A DNA stretch of 63,680 nucleotides, counting the filler, from Chiloscyllium plagiosum (Eukaryota): NCBI RefSeq assembly GCF_004010195.1. It is 4 parts of one record of this genome, joined end to end, with 100 filler letters (N's around TTAATTAATTAA, not from the genome) between each part and the next. Parts side by side here need not be neighbours in the genome. Positions count along the whole stretch, not along the records: positions 28,601 to 51,360 come from NC_057713.1; 3 more parts are not named here. One strand, written 5' to 3'. The notes under the pieces were generated by a model that worked only from the letters and a program-made list of their open reading frames with translations, was not told the DNA's origin and did not search any database. Shown here one piece after another: positions 38,196 through 51,460 of this stretch. The position numbers and the translations under genes were made by a program. How positions within the stretch are numbered: the first letter of the stretch is position 1; the number at the start of each line of letters is the position of its first letter.

Positions 38196-39169
38196 CATTC
38201 CTCAAACTTCTTGCTGATGTATCACACTCACTCTATATCTGCTGCTGGACCTACTACCAAGGTGTATAGAGTCATATAGCCTGGAAATTGATCCTTCGTT
38301 CCAACTACTCCACGCCTACCATGTTCCCAAACTAAAGTAGTCCCACCTGCTTATTCTTTGCCCATATCCCTCCAAACTTTCTTATTCATGAACTTATCCA
38401 AATGTCTTTTAAACACTGTAACTGTACTGCATCTATTGCTTCCTCTGGCAGTTCATTCCACACACAAAATACTCTCTACGTAAAGACATTGCTCCTCGTG
38501 TCCTTTTTAAATCTTGCTCCTCTCACCTTAAAAATGTGCTCCTTAGTTTTGAATTCCCACAACCCTAGGAAAAAGACCCTTGTCATTCATCTTATCTATG
38601 CCCCTCATGATTTTATAAACCTTAATAAGGTCACCCCTCAACTTCCTAGATTCCAGTGTAAACCATCCCAGCCTATCCATTTTTATGATATGGAGGTGCC
38701 GGTATTGGACTGGGGTGGACAAAGTTAAAAAACACACAACACCATGTTATAGTCCAACAGGTTTATTTGGAAGCACTAGCTTTCAGAGCGCCGCTCCTTC
38801 ATCAGGTAGTTTTGGAAGCGGATCATAAGGCACAGAATTTATAGCAAAAGATCACAGTGTCAAACAACTGAAATGATACACTGAATAAACCTCGAACTTC
38901 TTTTAAGTCAAATTCTCAAGATAACTTAAGGTTTTATATAAAAAAGAAAATATCTCAGCTCAGACAATGCATTAAAGGTGTGAGGTTAGAGTTTGTTTGT
39001 ATCTCAATCTAGAGTCAGACTGGTTCTATTTCTAAAGTAGGAATTTATAAAATATTACATGGATTGACTGCCTGCAATGACTGTCTGCAGATTGTATGTT
39101 TTTTGAGCAAAATAGAATGTATCTGCAAATATAATTCTGCAAATGCAAATTCACCCCATAGGCTTATAT

Positions 39170-39373
39170 GTGGGTATGCGTCCATGAGAGAGAGTGTGAG
39201 TGTGTACATGTAAGTACGAATGAGAAAGTGTGTGTTTGTGTGTGTGTATGCTTGGTAAAGTGTGCGTGTAAGTGTGATGGTGTATACATATGTGAGAGGG
39301 TGTGTGTGTGGGTTTGAGTGTGGGGTTTGTGTGTGTGTGTATGCGTGTGCACGTGTGCGTGTGTGTGTGTGTG

Positions 39374-39404
<31 letters not shown>

Positions 39405-39480
39405 GTGCATGCGTGCGCGTGTGTCTGTCTGTCTGTCTGTCTGTTTCTGTGTCTGTCTGAATGAGAGTGTATAGTGTAGT
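39170..39480. repeat. (TG)n/(TCTG)n compound microsatellite in the PLE left arm
   Basis: Directly visible; mirrored by (CA)n/(CT)n at 40130-40470. Confidence 0.95.
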
Positions 39481-40129
39481 GGGGTCACCTGTAGTGTGAC
39501 ATCAACCCAAGGTCCTGGTTGAGGCCATCCTCATGGGTTCCGAACTTGGCTATCAGCCTCTGCTCGGCCACTTGTTGTTGTTGCGAATCCTGAAGTCTGC
39601 CTTGGAGAGTGATCACCTGAAGATCTGAGCTGAATGCCCTTGACTGTTGAGGTGTTCCCCGACTGGGAGGGAGCACTCCTGCCTGATGATTGTTGTGCGG
39701 TGTCCATTCATCCATTATCGTAGCATCTACTTGGTCTCGCTAATGTACCATGTCTTGGATTATCCTTGCTTGCAGCGTATGAGTACCTGCCGCGTACATG
39801 GTGAGTGGTGTCTCTAGGTGTAATGGTGGTATCCATGTCGACACTCTAACACGATTTGCAGAGATACATTGGCAAGTCTTAGCAGATGCTATAACAACAG
39901 ATGAATGGACACTGTGCAACAATCACCAGGCAGGAGTATCCCCTCCCAGATGGGGAGCACTTTAGCGGTCAGGGACATTTGGCCTAGGATCTTTGGGTGA
40001 CCATTCTTCAAGGCAGACTTCTAGATAGGCAACAATGCAGAGTGGCTGAGCAGAGGCTGATAGCCAAGTTCGGACACCATGGGGATGACCTCAACCAGGA
40101 CCTTGGGTTCATGTCACATTACAGGTGAC

Positions 40130-40470
40130 CCCACTACACTACACATACACAGACACACACAGACGCAGACATATAGAGACACACAAAGACACACTCGCGC
40201 ACACAGACACACACAGACACACATATACAAACACTCTTACACACTCACACACTCACTCTCTCATACATCCTCTCTCTCATACACACACACATACACCCCC
40301 ACACTCACACCCATGCACACACCATCTCACAGGCTTATACTCCATCACATCCACACTTTACCAACCATGCACACAAGCAAACACACACTCCCTCATGCAC
40401 ACTCACACTCATACATACACACACTCACACTCTCTCTCTCTCTCTCTCTCTCTCATGGACGCACACACAT
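40130..40470. repeat. (CA)n/(CT)n compound microsatellite in the PLE right arm
   Basis: Directly visible. Confidence 0.95.
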
Positions 40471-41182
40471 ATAATTCTATGGGGTGAATTTGCATTTGCA
40501 GAATTATATTTGTAGATACATTTTATTTTGCTCGAAAAGCACACAATCTGCAGGCAGTCACTCCATGTAATATTTATAAATTCCACTTTGAAAATAGAAC
40601 CTGGTTGACTCAAGATTGGATACAGACAGACTCTAACCTCACACCTTTAATACATTTTCTGAGCTGAGATGTCACTTTTTTTTACATAAAACCTTAAGTT
40701 ATCTCAAGAATGTGATTTAAAAGAAGTTCTGGGATTTACATGTAATGAAGCGAAACCTGCAACCCATTCTAAAAGATGAAAGACTTAACGACAATCAAGG
40801 TTTGTTTAATATATGATTTCAGTTGCATGACACTGTAATCTTTTGCTATAAATTCTGTGACTTATGATCCTCTTCCAAAGCTACCTGATGAAGGAGCAGC
40901 ACTCCAAAAGCTAGTGCTTTCAAATAAATATGTTGGACTATAACCTGGTGTTGTGTGATTTTTAACTTTATCTATTTTTATATCACAAACTTTCCCTTTC
41001 TGGCACCATCCTGGTATGTCTTTTCTGAACACTCTGCGATTTAATAATATCCTTCCTGTAGCAGGGCAACAAGAACTGTACACAGTATTCCAAAAGAGGC
41101 CTCACAAACATCCTGTACAACCTCAACATGACTTCCGAACTCCTATACTCAAAGTCTGGGCAATGAAATCAAACATGATAAA

Positions 41183-41892
41183 GCCCCAGGTAGCTTCCCC
41201 TGCAACCAAAAAGTCGAAAACCTGCCGATACACCACCCACTCACCTCCATCTAGGGACTTAAACAGTCCTTCCAGGTGAGACAGATGTTCACCTGCCTCT
41301 CTTCCAACCTAGTTTACTTCATCAGGTGCTCCCGATGTGGTCTTCCCTACATTGAAGAAACTGAATGTAAACTTAAAGAACGGTTCACTGAGCATCTCAG
41401 CCGGGCCCACAGGTGCCGACCCGACCTCCCAGTCACAGTCCATTTCAATTCCCCCAACCACTCCCTTTCTGACGTGACCATCCTTGGCCTCCTCCATTGC
41501 CACAATGAACCACAGCACAAATTGAAGGAACAGCAACTCATCTTCAGCCTGAGCAGCCTGCAGCCCAGAGGGCTCAACATTGAGTTCTCCAATTTCAAAT
41601 AACCTCCCTTCCTATTCCCCAACTCCCTTCTTTCCCTTCCACTGCTCCCTGCCACCAACCGGATTCATTCCTTCTATTGACCAACCAGGTTGTATCCTCT
41701 ATCTGTCTTCACCACTTCACTGCTTCACCACTTCTACCCACTTCGCCATCCTATCCCTGTCACTCCCTTTATCTGCAGCTTCCCTCCCCACCACCCATCC
41801 CCAGTCCTGAAGAAGGGTTGCACCCAAAATGTTGACTTCTCCACCTGCTGATGTTGCCTGGCTTGCTGTGTTTTTCTCGCCTCCTGCCTGTC
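41183..41892 (+). mobile_element. PLE 3' fragment (family C): GIY-YIG domain plus 3' repeat
   Basis: Open 41276-41602: FTCLSSNLVYFIRCSRCGLPYIEETECKLKERFTEH...KLKEQQLIFSLSSLQPRGLNIEFSNFK*; upstream PC...KTC linker; hammerhead remnant AGTC CTGAAGA A GGGT TGC ACCC AAAA TGTT GACT (41803-41837). Confidence 0.88.
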
Positions 41893-42596
41893 TAAAGACT
41901 TTGAAAGCACTATTCATTGCATACTTTTATTATCCCTCGAATAAAATATTTTGCTTTGATTTTATAAAAAATAAAGAACTTGTGTTTATATTGTACCTTC
42001 TAAGACCTCAGGATGTCCCAAAGCCTGACTTTTTGAAATGTAGTTACTGTTCAAATATAAGGAATCCCCTTTCACAAATCAGCCTTCATAATCTTCTCCA
42101 GATGCCCCTTCTTTGGGGGATGTCAGCAGGATTTATGTGAATTTTCCAGCTGCAGCCTAAATTAAGTTTAAAAAGTGAAATGCAGACTTATTTTTGGAAT
42201 TGAATACAGACCTGAGTTGATTATATGTTTTTCAGGATATCAATTGTAGAATAAATTTGAAATGTATTTCCTAGTGTTCGGTTTTGGCTATTATTTATAT
42301 AAATGGAAATATTGCTGCTGAAAAAATTCTATAAGAAGTGACAGACCAGGTACCACACTTGACTCAGCCATTTCTCTATTAGTTCTGAGTCTGTAGATCG
42401 TGCAGTCAGGCCCATACTCCAAATTCAAAGCTTTAACTGAGACTGTAAAGAGTGCTTTGCTGTGTGATGACTTATTGTTTGGAAGAGGTCTTTTGTTTTC
42501 AAAGGAATGTAAAAGAAGAGGAGGGATATTATGCCTATTATTCACCAATCAGTTAACATCATAAAAATAATCATTTGGTTATTTATCCCTGAAGAA

Positions 42597-42780
42597 CTGG
42601 AAGCACTGCAGAAACTCAGCAGGTCTGGCAGCATGTATGGAAAGAGAAACTGAGTTAACATCTTGTGTCTAATACGACTCTTCCAAGACTCACATCAACC
42701 TCGAGATGTTAACTTTGTTTCTTTTTCCATAGATGCTCTGCTCTCAAACCTGCTGAGTTTCTCCAGTGCCTTTTGTTATT
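42597..42780. mobile_element. Short decayed fold-back of PLE termini
   Basis: GCACTGCAGAAACTCAGCAGG...GTTAACATC mirrored by GATGTTAAC...CCTGCTGAGTTTCTCCAGTGC. Confidence 0.6.
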
Positions 42781-45579
42781 TCAAATCTCTATCACTTAAC
42801 AGCTGGTCATTAAAGCATCCAAAAGTCACAAAAGGTGCTACATAAAAGCAAGGTCATATTCTATCTTAAAAATATTGTAATCTGAGATCTGAAAGAAGAC
42901 CAATAAATATAAATCTGCATGTTACAAAACAACAAAAAAGAAAACATCTGGAGCATATTTAACATAATTAAGTGCAAATCTTCAAACTTTTTATTTGTGG
43001 AATAAACAATGATTGAACACAGTGAATTTTCATTTTGTCAAAACATTCAAAATTTTATTAATATAACAAGAGTTAAAGGGAAAAATGGTGATCTTAGAAA
43101 GATATTTGATCAAAGTAATCTTTCATAATGGTCTCTATTTATAGATCACCTCAATAAGGTTGTTGTATTTTATTTACCTTCTGACCCAGCAATGATGACT
43201 GATGTAAGTTCATTCTCCTAATCCAATGTAACTTAACAAATGACCACATGATAATATTGTATAAATATAAAGTCTATTTTAGCTAATTCTGTCAAGGTAG
43301 GCCTCTGGTCCCCCAATCTGAATGCCATTTTGGTTTTAGGCTGATTTTCAAATTAAATTACAACATCTATTTGTAATTTTTACTTCAGAACATACATTCA
43401 TGATGCAGTGTGAACCTTTTCTAGGACAACACCCAGTTTCAGTTAAGAAAATATAACCCACTGACACCCATGTTGTTCATACCTAAAACCAGCCCAGTTT
43501 GCAGTATAGATTTATATTCATAATATTTGACAGCTTGATGTATTTCAATTAAATTCCCATTTGAAGTGTCTTTAAACAAACAGCTAGACTTACTATCATA
43601 ATGAAATGTATATTCATTGTCTACTGACACATTGCCTGAACCCATCAGGCTCTGTGCAATACTTCCAGCACATCACTCACTCTATTGATTGATAAGTTTT
43701 GATAAGCCGCAGGACATCCAGATTTCAAACTGTGAATCTTTCTCATAATGTAAGACTTCAAAACTGCTTCAGTGGGAAAAAAAAACAATTATGCCTGGAT
43801 TCCAATTTTGTCTTAATGTTCTGCTTGCAATTTTGGCTCAAAAAGATGCATAACTTTTAAAACGTAGTTCAGTTGTTCTTTGAAGAAAAATAAGAATATT
43901 AAAGTTATATATTAGAATGTAATTCATGCAAAGTGATGTTAAATGGAATACCTTATGAATACCCAAATTGTCCTTCAGGTGTTTCTTTTTTTTTAGTTGA
44001 TCCATTACAAAACAAATGATTAGTGATTGTTTCAGTGCTGTGGCAGAGCTTTGGAAATGGATTTTGAAGACAGCACACTAAAAACCTTTGAATAATGTGC
44101 AAGGGCAGACGGGTCATGGATGTGTTTTTGTGGAAGGCGTTGATGGCAGATTTGAATGAGGAGCCAGTACCTGTGGAGGGGAAAAGATTTACAATAACAG
44201 CTTTCATGAGTCAGAAAGAGAAGTTGTTGGCTGGGACTAGTGTTGAGAGAGCAGAAGGTGGTTCTATGGGCAAGATAATTCCAAAGGAAGCAACGAGAAA
44301 AGCATTAGAAAATTGAGAGAAAGAATTGACCTCAGTGTTAAATCAGAGGAAAAACTTGGCTTAATTGGCAAGATTAAGGGAATAATGTGGCAAAGGCAGC
44401 TAGAGATGATCTCAATTGTAGTTGCAAAGCTCCTTGGTTAGAGATCTTCCTACGTATTGTTACAGACATTTCCTTCACTTCCAGCAGGATGCTAACATCC
44501 TCCTCTCCTTTTGCCACATTTCACAGAAACTGTTCCCTCCATGAATCCTGGCCCAATCCTCCATTATTCTAAACACTTTACTGAGTTTGCCAACAAAGTC
44601 CCAGATATCTGAAGGAATGTCCAACACTGTAGGAAGAAGGTGAATGACCATCCCTACTCAGCCAGTGCAAGAGCCAACATCATCTCTCTGATATCTCAGA
44701 CTTGTTCCATCTCTGCTGCTGTACCCACCTCCCACCAAGGGTCAAACTCTGCTACTCTCATTAATTCCTAAAACATCTTCCCCACTCACTATTACTCACC
44801 CCATACCCCATCACTAATGCTGTGCACACTACAAAATTGCTGGAAAACCTCAACAGGTCTGGCAGAATCTGTGGAGAGAAAGCAGATTTAACATTTCTTC
44901 AGAATAAGACCCCTCCAAAGACAACACATCCTTCCTTACATACGAGACCCAAAATTGCTCACAGCATTCCAAACACCATCTATTCAGAACCTTACACAAC
45001 CTCAGCAGCCGTCCCTGCTTTTGTATGCTAACCTTCCCGAAACAAATGTTAACATGGCATTTGTCCTCCTAACTGCCAAGTAAGGAAGGGTCACTGAGGG
45101 CATTGGGCATGGCCAGTTGTCATAGAGCATGCCAAAAGAGGCTGGTACTTTGACACATTGAAGTCATTTGAAGCAAATGATGAGAGGAATTTTCCAGGTG
45201 ACCACTTTGAACGTTCTCATGTCCATTTTGTTTATCGAGTCTTGTAAAATAGAAAGTTGAATATTAATGAGATGAGTTGGGCCATCAAGGCATTTAACAA
45301 CCTTTTATCTCCCTAGCTGGCAACATGCTGCTGTCTAGCAAGTAACTCACAATGTTGTTTGTGAAAAGATGCAGAAAGATAATCCCAAAGACAAGGCACG
45401 GTTAGTCTTAATCTGCAACAAAACCCACGTTGCTTAGGCCCCTACAAGATTTCACGAGTTAACTCGGTTTCTCTCACCACAGATGCTGCTAGACATGTTA
45501 CCTTTCTCTCCACTTTCTGTTTTTATTTCAGACCTCAAACATCCACTGTATTTTATTTTGTTTGAAATTTAAGGATATG

Positions 45580-46020
45580 ATTGGTGTGGGAAAAAAAAAG
45601 CCTGGGATTGTCAATAGAGAAAAAATTATCGGAGAAATGTAAGGGGGATAAACTCAACAAATCCCTAGACCTGCTGGCCTGCTTTCTAGAATTCTAAAAG
45701 ACATTGTTGCAAAGAGAATGGATACAATCGTTATTATTTCCTAAAATTCCCTAGATTACATAAAGATCCTAGTGGATTGGAAGTTAACAAATGTAAGATT
45801 GCTATTCAAGAAAGACAGAAAGAGAAAACAAGTTAACTTGACATGAATCATCGAGTAACTAGACTCTATTATTAAATAAGTCTTAAATATGCACTTAGAA
45901 AATCAAAACATGATCAGGCAGACAACATGCAATTATGAAAGGAAAATTGGTTTCAACAAACTTATTAGATAGTGATGCAAACAAAACTTAGGTAAAGGAG
46001 AAGCAGTACATATGGTGAAT
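45580..46020 (+). mobile_element. Old CR1 RT N-terminal fragment
   Basis: KSLDL...RILK...DWKLTNVRLLFKK resembles CR1 RT domain 0-1. Confidence 0.65.
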
Positions 46021-48419
46021 GAATGAATTAACTTGATTGTCACATATACCCACATGAGTACAATGAAAAGTTTACAAGTTACAAGTTAAATGTGCCATCT
46101 TAGGTACAAAGGTACCTAGGTACAGATTCTTGAGTACAAATTCTTCAGAAAAAGATTAAAAATAAAATAAGATTGGATAAATAAAATGTCCAGCATTACA
46201 GATATTCAAAAGTACAAAATCATAGCAATAGTTTAGAAAACTAAAGAAATGAAAGTTCAGAATAACAATTCTTCCATAATAATATATTAAAGAAAAACAT
46301 GATAGTTAGCTTAATATGCCATACAAAAGTTTAATATTAAAGGTGACATCTGTAGGTAACATATTAGCGGAAGAACAGTCAAGGTTACATTGAATTGTGG
46401 AACAGACTCCGATTTCCATGCTTACATTGCTTTTGTTTTTGCCGCTTACTTATCTTTGCTACTTAATCTGCTTGCAAGACAAAGCTTTTCACTGTGCCTT
46501 GGTACATGTGACAATAAATTCAATTCGATTCAATTCATTCCAGGATGAGCTTTGAGTAGTAAATACTTCTGATAGACAAGAACAAAAATGGATCCACTTC
46601 AGGTGACAAGTATTTTGTAAACAGAAGATAGTGTTATGTCCAGGAATTGGGGTTTTGAGGTTTGGGAAATGCCTGAAAGTTAGGAAACAACCCAACTGTA
46701 AGGTGCAAAATATTTTAGAGATGGGAATCACAATTGCTGCTCTGACATTTCAACAATGATGGCTTAAACAATTAACTAGTAATTCTGCTGGCTGACACTG
46801 ATTACTTTTGTGCATGTGTCATGATTCTGCCTTTATACTGTTACCCCCCTGGAAAGAATAGTGTCCTGTAAATCTTCTTGGTTCTGATATCATAGATCAT
46901 ACAAAACATTTTCTTACCTTGCAGACCTCGAATATGTGTCGTACTGTGGTGTCCTGGACTCCTACCAAAACCTGCCACTACCCTGGTCCATGTCATAAAT
47001 TGCTTCTTTTTCAGGGCTTCAAAACAAAGGCCGGTGAGAAACATGTGAAACTGGGAGATGGAGAGACATGCTCAAGTTACAGAATGTAGGGCATTGATGG
47101 CTGAACATTATTCTATTCTCAATCTTTCTGATTGACAAGGCTGGTTACCATCCCTGTTGACTGGCTATTGTGAAGTCCTTTGTAACTATCCCTTTGGTTG
47201 AGATCCCTGTGGAAACAGATCGGTAACATCTGAATATTTGACAGCTATATGATTACAGATATTGATAAAAATATTTGACTACTTATATAAAGTTTCTTCC
47301 AAAACTACTCTTGAAATTCTTTACATCTAATCAAATATTTCTGAAGTACTTACTGCTTTAATGTATGAAAAAAAAACCTGCTTTTTTTGGGTACAGTGAA
47401 CTACCAAACTGGCAATGTCATAATGCTCAGACCATCTGTTTTTTGTGAAGTTGATTGAGGTACACATATTGACCATAGTGCCAAAGATAACTTTCTTGCT
47501 GCCTTTCAGAATTGTGCTGCGGGGTCTATTACATCCATCAGAGCAGCCAGATTGGCTTTGTTTCAAACATCTCATCCGAGGAGAGCACTTTTCAAAGTAA
47601 AGTTGCAAATACTTAATACTTGAGTGGATTATACATACATAATCTCCTGACACTGAGGTGAAAATGTTAATAACTAAACCATTGTTATAACGAAGGAAAT
47701 TTTGCATTAACATGGAGGTTGCTTGGGTTTAACTATAATATTTGTTTAAAAATTGGTTGACTGATGGAAAGAAAGCTGCGGTCTGAGGAAAGATATTACT
47801 GAATTGGCCATGAGGCCATCAAACTAGCAAGTGGGTAAAGGATCAAGGGATCTTGCAATTCAGCACAGAATCAAAGAATTGTTACTGTGAAGTAACAGGC
47901 CATTCAGCTGATCATGCATGCACCACCTCATCAAACCTAGATCTGCCTTTTCCCCATATCCTTGCACACAATTTCTATCCAAAAAATCATCCAGTGTCCT
48001 CTTCAATGCCTCAATTGAATCTGACCCCACCACTTTTCCATGCAGTGTATTCCATACCCTAAATACTCTCTAAGTATAGAAAGATTTCTTCACGCATTAC
48101 CCTTGGTTCTTTTTGCACACCTCTTTAAATCTTGTTCTTATTACCTTTGTGAATGCCTATCTATTTTAACTAGCTCACGATTTTGAAAAGCTCTAAATGC
48201 AAATTCCTGTTGTCGGTGGTTTAGCACTGATTGGTGAAGTGCAGCACTAGTGCTTAAGCAATAATATAATTCAATTGACTTGAACAGGTTTGATGCCTCA
48301 AAGCCTTTGCATGAAATATTTTAGTTGCAACATTAAGCCTTCACAGAACTCCAGCTCCCACACACAGCAGCAACTGCCATTACTAATTGTCATCTCATTG
48401 CTCTTCAACCTAGAGCATT

Positions 48420-49410
48420 GACAGGAATAGAGGACACTTTGGTGATCATCATTCAAAATTCTATTAATCTTCAACAATGCCTATTAATTGGAGGTTTCAA
48501 ATATAACCCCAATACTTAAGAAGGAAAACAATGAAAACAGTGAACTACAGACATGTTAGCTTGACCTCAGGAGGAGGGAGAGAAAGTGAGGATTGTAGAT
48601 GCTAGAGAGTCATAGAGTCATAGAGATGCACAGCATGGAAACAGACCCTTCGGTCCAACCCGTCCAAGCCGATCAGATATCCCAACCTGTCAGAGTTGAA
48701 AAGTGTGGTGCTGAAAAAGCACAACAGGTCAGGCAGCATCCAAGGAGCAGGAGAATCAACATTTTGGGCATAAGTCCATTATCAGGATGCTGCCTGACCT
48801 ACTGTGCTTTGTCAGCACCACACTTTTCAACTTCAGTAGGAGCGCAATATTATAGTTAATTATAAAGGATGCAATCAGATATTTAGAAAATATTTGTCTA
48901 ATTGGGCAGGGTAAGCATAGATTTACGAAGGGAAGTCATGTTTGCCAAACCTGATAGACATTTTTGAGAATGTTACTAGTAAGGTTGATAAGGAGGAACC
49001 AATGGATGTGGTGTAATTGGATTTTCAGAAAGCTTTAGGTGAACAAAATTAAAGCCATGAGATTGGGAGTGATGCATAAGCATGGATTGAGGATCGGTTA
49101 AAAGACAGAAAACTGAGAGCTTGTATAAATGGCTCATTCTCAGGTTGGCAGCTGTGACCAGTGGGGTGCAGGAAGGACTAGTGCTTGGGCCCCAGCTGTT
49201 CACAATCTATCAATGTTGATGTGGGGACAATTGGAATATTTCCAAGTTTGCAGATGATGCAAAACTTAGGCTTGAATGTCAGTTGGGAAAGGGTGTAGAT
49301 AGGCTTAGTGAGTTAGCAAATGTAGATAAATGTGAGGTAGGCAGAACAAAGGTACAGAGTGTTCCTTAACTGGTGAGAGAATAAAAATTGTGGATGTCCA
49401 AATGGACCAT
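48420..49410 (+). mobile_element. CR1 RT fragment containing a short fold-back PLE (about 48578-48830)
   Basis: NYRHVSLTS, LDFQKA, SKFADDAK. PLE arms are flanked by CCTCAGGAGGAG / CTTCAGTAGGAG, with a CR1 tail nested in one arm. Confidence 0.7.
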
Positions 49411-49414
49411 AAGA

Positions 49415-50890
49415 TACAGTAACAGAATGATATCATTTGGCTCACTGAGTTTGCTCCACCATTCAAACATGGCTGATGTGTTCCTCAAACCAATTTTCTT
49501 GCACTCTCCCCTCACTATCTACTTCTGTCTTAAATGTATTCAATGTGATGGCCTCCACAGCCGTCTGCGGCAATGAGTTCCACAGATTCACCTCTGGCTG
49601 AAAAAATTCCTCTTCATCTCAGTTCTAAAGGATTGTCCCTTCACACTGAGGCTGTGTCCTTGGTTCTTAGTCTCTTCTATTAGTGGAAACATCTTCTCTA
49701 CATACACTCTATCCAAGTATCTCAGTATTCTGTAACTTTTACTAAGATACTCCCTCGTTATTCTCAACTCCATTGAGTACCAACCCAGAGTCTTAAAATG
49801 CCCCTCATACAACAAGCTCTTTATCCCCAGGATCATTCTCATTTATCCTCCTCTGGGCCCATTCAAGACCAGCAAATCCTTGGTGAGGTATGGGGCCCAA
49901 AACTGCTTACAATATTCAAAATTCTGTTTGAGCAGAGCTTTAGACAGTTTCAGCAGTGCATCTCTGCTTTTGTATTCTAGCCCTCTCAAAATGAATGTTA
50001 ACATTGCATTTGCCTTCCTAACTGCCAACTGAACCTGTACGTTAGTCTTAAGAATGTCCTGAACTAGCACTCCTAAGTCCCTTTGCACTTCAGATTTATG
50101 GAGCTTTTCTCCATTTAGAAAATAATCTATGCCTCTTTTCTTTCTACCAAAGTGCATAACCTCACAGTTTCTCACATTACATTCCATCTGCCACTTTCTT
50201 GCCCACTCTTATAGACACTCCAAGTCCTTCTGCAGCTTCCTCACTTCCTCAGCACTGTCTGTCACTCTACCTATCTTTGTGTCATCTACAAACTTAGGAC
50301 ATTGTCCTCAGTTCTTTCATCCAAACCATCAATGTATAATGTGAATCGTTGTAGCCCCAACACTGACCCCTGTGGAACTTCACTGGACTCTGGTTACCAT
50401 CCCGAAAAAGACCTGTTTATCCCCAAGTCTGGCCTTCTGCCAGTCAGCCAATCCTTTACACATGCCTGTACTTTACCTGAACACCATGGACTCACCTTAT
50501 TTAACAGCCTCCTGTATGACACCTTGTCAATGGCCTTCTGGAAGTCCAAATAGATCATATCCATTGGCTCTCCTTTATCTAACATGCTCATTACCTCCTC
50601 AGAAAATTCCAGTAGAGTTGTTAGGCATCACCCCTCCTGACCCACCTGTATTTTACCATGCACTTCCACATAGTCTACAATCTCATCATTAATAATGGAC
50701 TCTAAAATCCTACCAATGACCGTGGTCAAGATTTCCAGCCTGTAGTTGCTTGTCTTTTGCCTCTCTCCCTTCTCAAACAGGGATGTTACATTAGCCATTT
50801 TCTAGTTGTCTGGGACCCACCCTGATTCCAGCGTTTCCTGAAAGATCACAATGACAATCTCTTCAGATGTATCCTTCAGAACCCTAGGAT
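49415..50890 (-). mobile_element. CR1 LINE fragment (RT to 3' end)
   Basis: IYLDFQKAIDKV, CEVMHFGRK, QRDLGVLVQD. Confidence 0.88.
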
Positions 50891-51360
50891 GAAGGATGAG
50901 AGCCAGAGGTGGTGGTACATGTCGGCACAAATGATGTCCGGAAGAGGAGGAGGAACATACTACAGCGGGACTTCGGAGAACTAGGAAGAAGGCTGAAGAG
51001 CAGGACGGTTATCTCCGGTTACTTCCAGGTTCCTCGGGCTGTTGAGGCCAGAAACAGGGAGATAATTGAGGCCAGAAACAGGGAGATAATGGACTTGAAC
51101 ATGTGGCTGGGGAACTGGTGCAGGAAGCAAGGATTTAAATTCTTGGATCATTGGGGTATGTTTTGTGGTAAGCATAAATTATATAAGAGAGACGGTTTGC
51201 ACCTTAATAGGTTAGGGACCAGCATTCTGGCAGGCAGGTTAGCTACTGCAACACAGCTACGTTTAAACTAAGTAGCGGGGGGGTGGGGGTGGGGAGGGGA
51301 AAAACTGGATGTTTAAGAAGGAAATTGAAGGGAAAGTTAGAACAAGGGAAGTCAAGAAAG
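50891..51360 (+). mobile_element. CR1 ORF1 esterase (SGNH) fragment
   Basis: VVHVGTND...YKRDGLHLNRLGTSILAG, with an in-frame 24-bp duplication (EARNREII / EARNREIM). Confidence 0.85.
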
Positions 51361-51460
51361 NNNNNNNNNNNNNNNNNNNNNNNNNNNNNNNNNNNNNNNN
51401 NNNNTTAATTAATTAANNNNNNNNNNNNNNNNNNNNNNNNNNNNNNNNNNNNNNNNNNNN
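51361..51460. other. Artificial contig-join linker
   Basis: 44N-TTAATTAATTAA-44N. Confidence 0.95.

Larger units (their letters stand above)
38687..40968. mobile_element. 2.3-kb fold-back PLE insertion (family B) with 13-bp TSD
   Basis: Arms 38722-~39720 and ~39890-40968 are inverted, each with a GIY-YIG C-terminus (QMNGH...VAEQRLIAKFGTHEDGLNQDLG), a CA-rich microsatellite and a hammerhead core (38774-38808 -, 40882-40916 +). TSD TATCCATTTTTAT (38674-38686) / TATCTATTTTTAT (40969-40981). Confidence 0.9.
38265..41180 (-). mobile_element. CR1 3' fragment split by the 38687-40968 insertion
   Basis: MDRLGWFTLESRKLRGDLIKVYKIMRG (38.5-38.7 kb) continues with VYSSCCP...RKDIPGWC at 41.0-41.2 kb. 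Confidence 0.8.

Noticed and set aside
39045..40487. His/Thr- and Val/Cys-rich ORFs
   Set aside because: Translations of CA/TG microsatellites.
43953..44380. Minus-strand reading with faint LINE-linker flavour
   Set aside because: No diagnostic RT motif; cannot be supported by eye.
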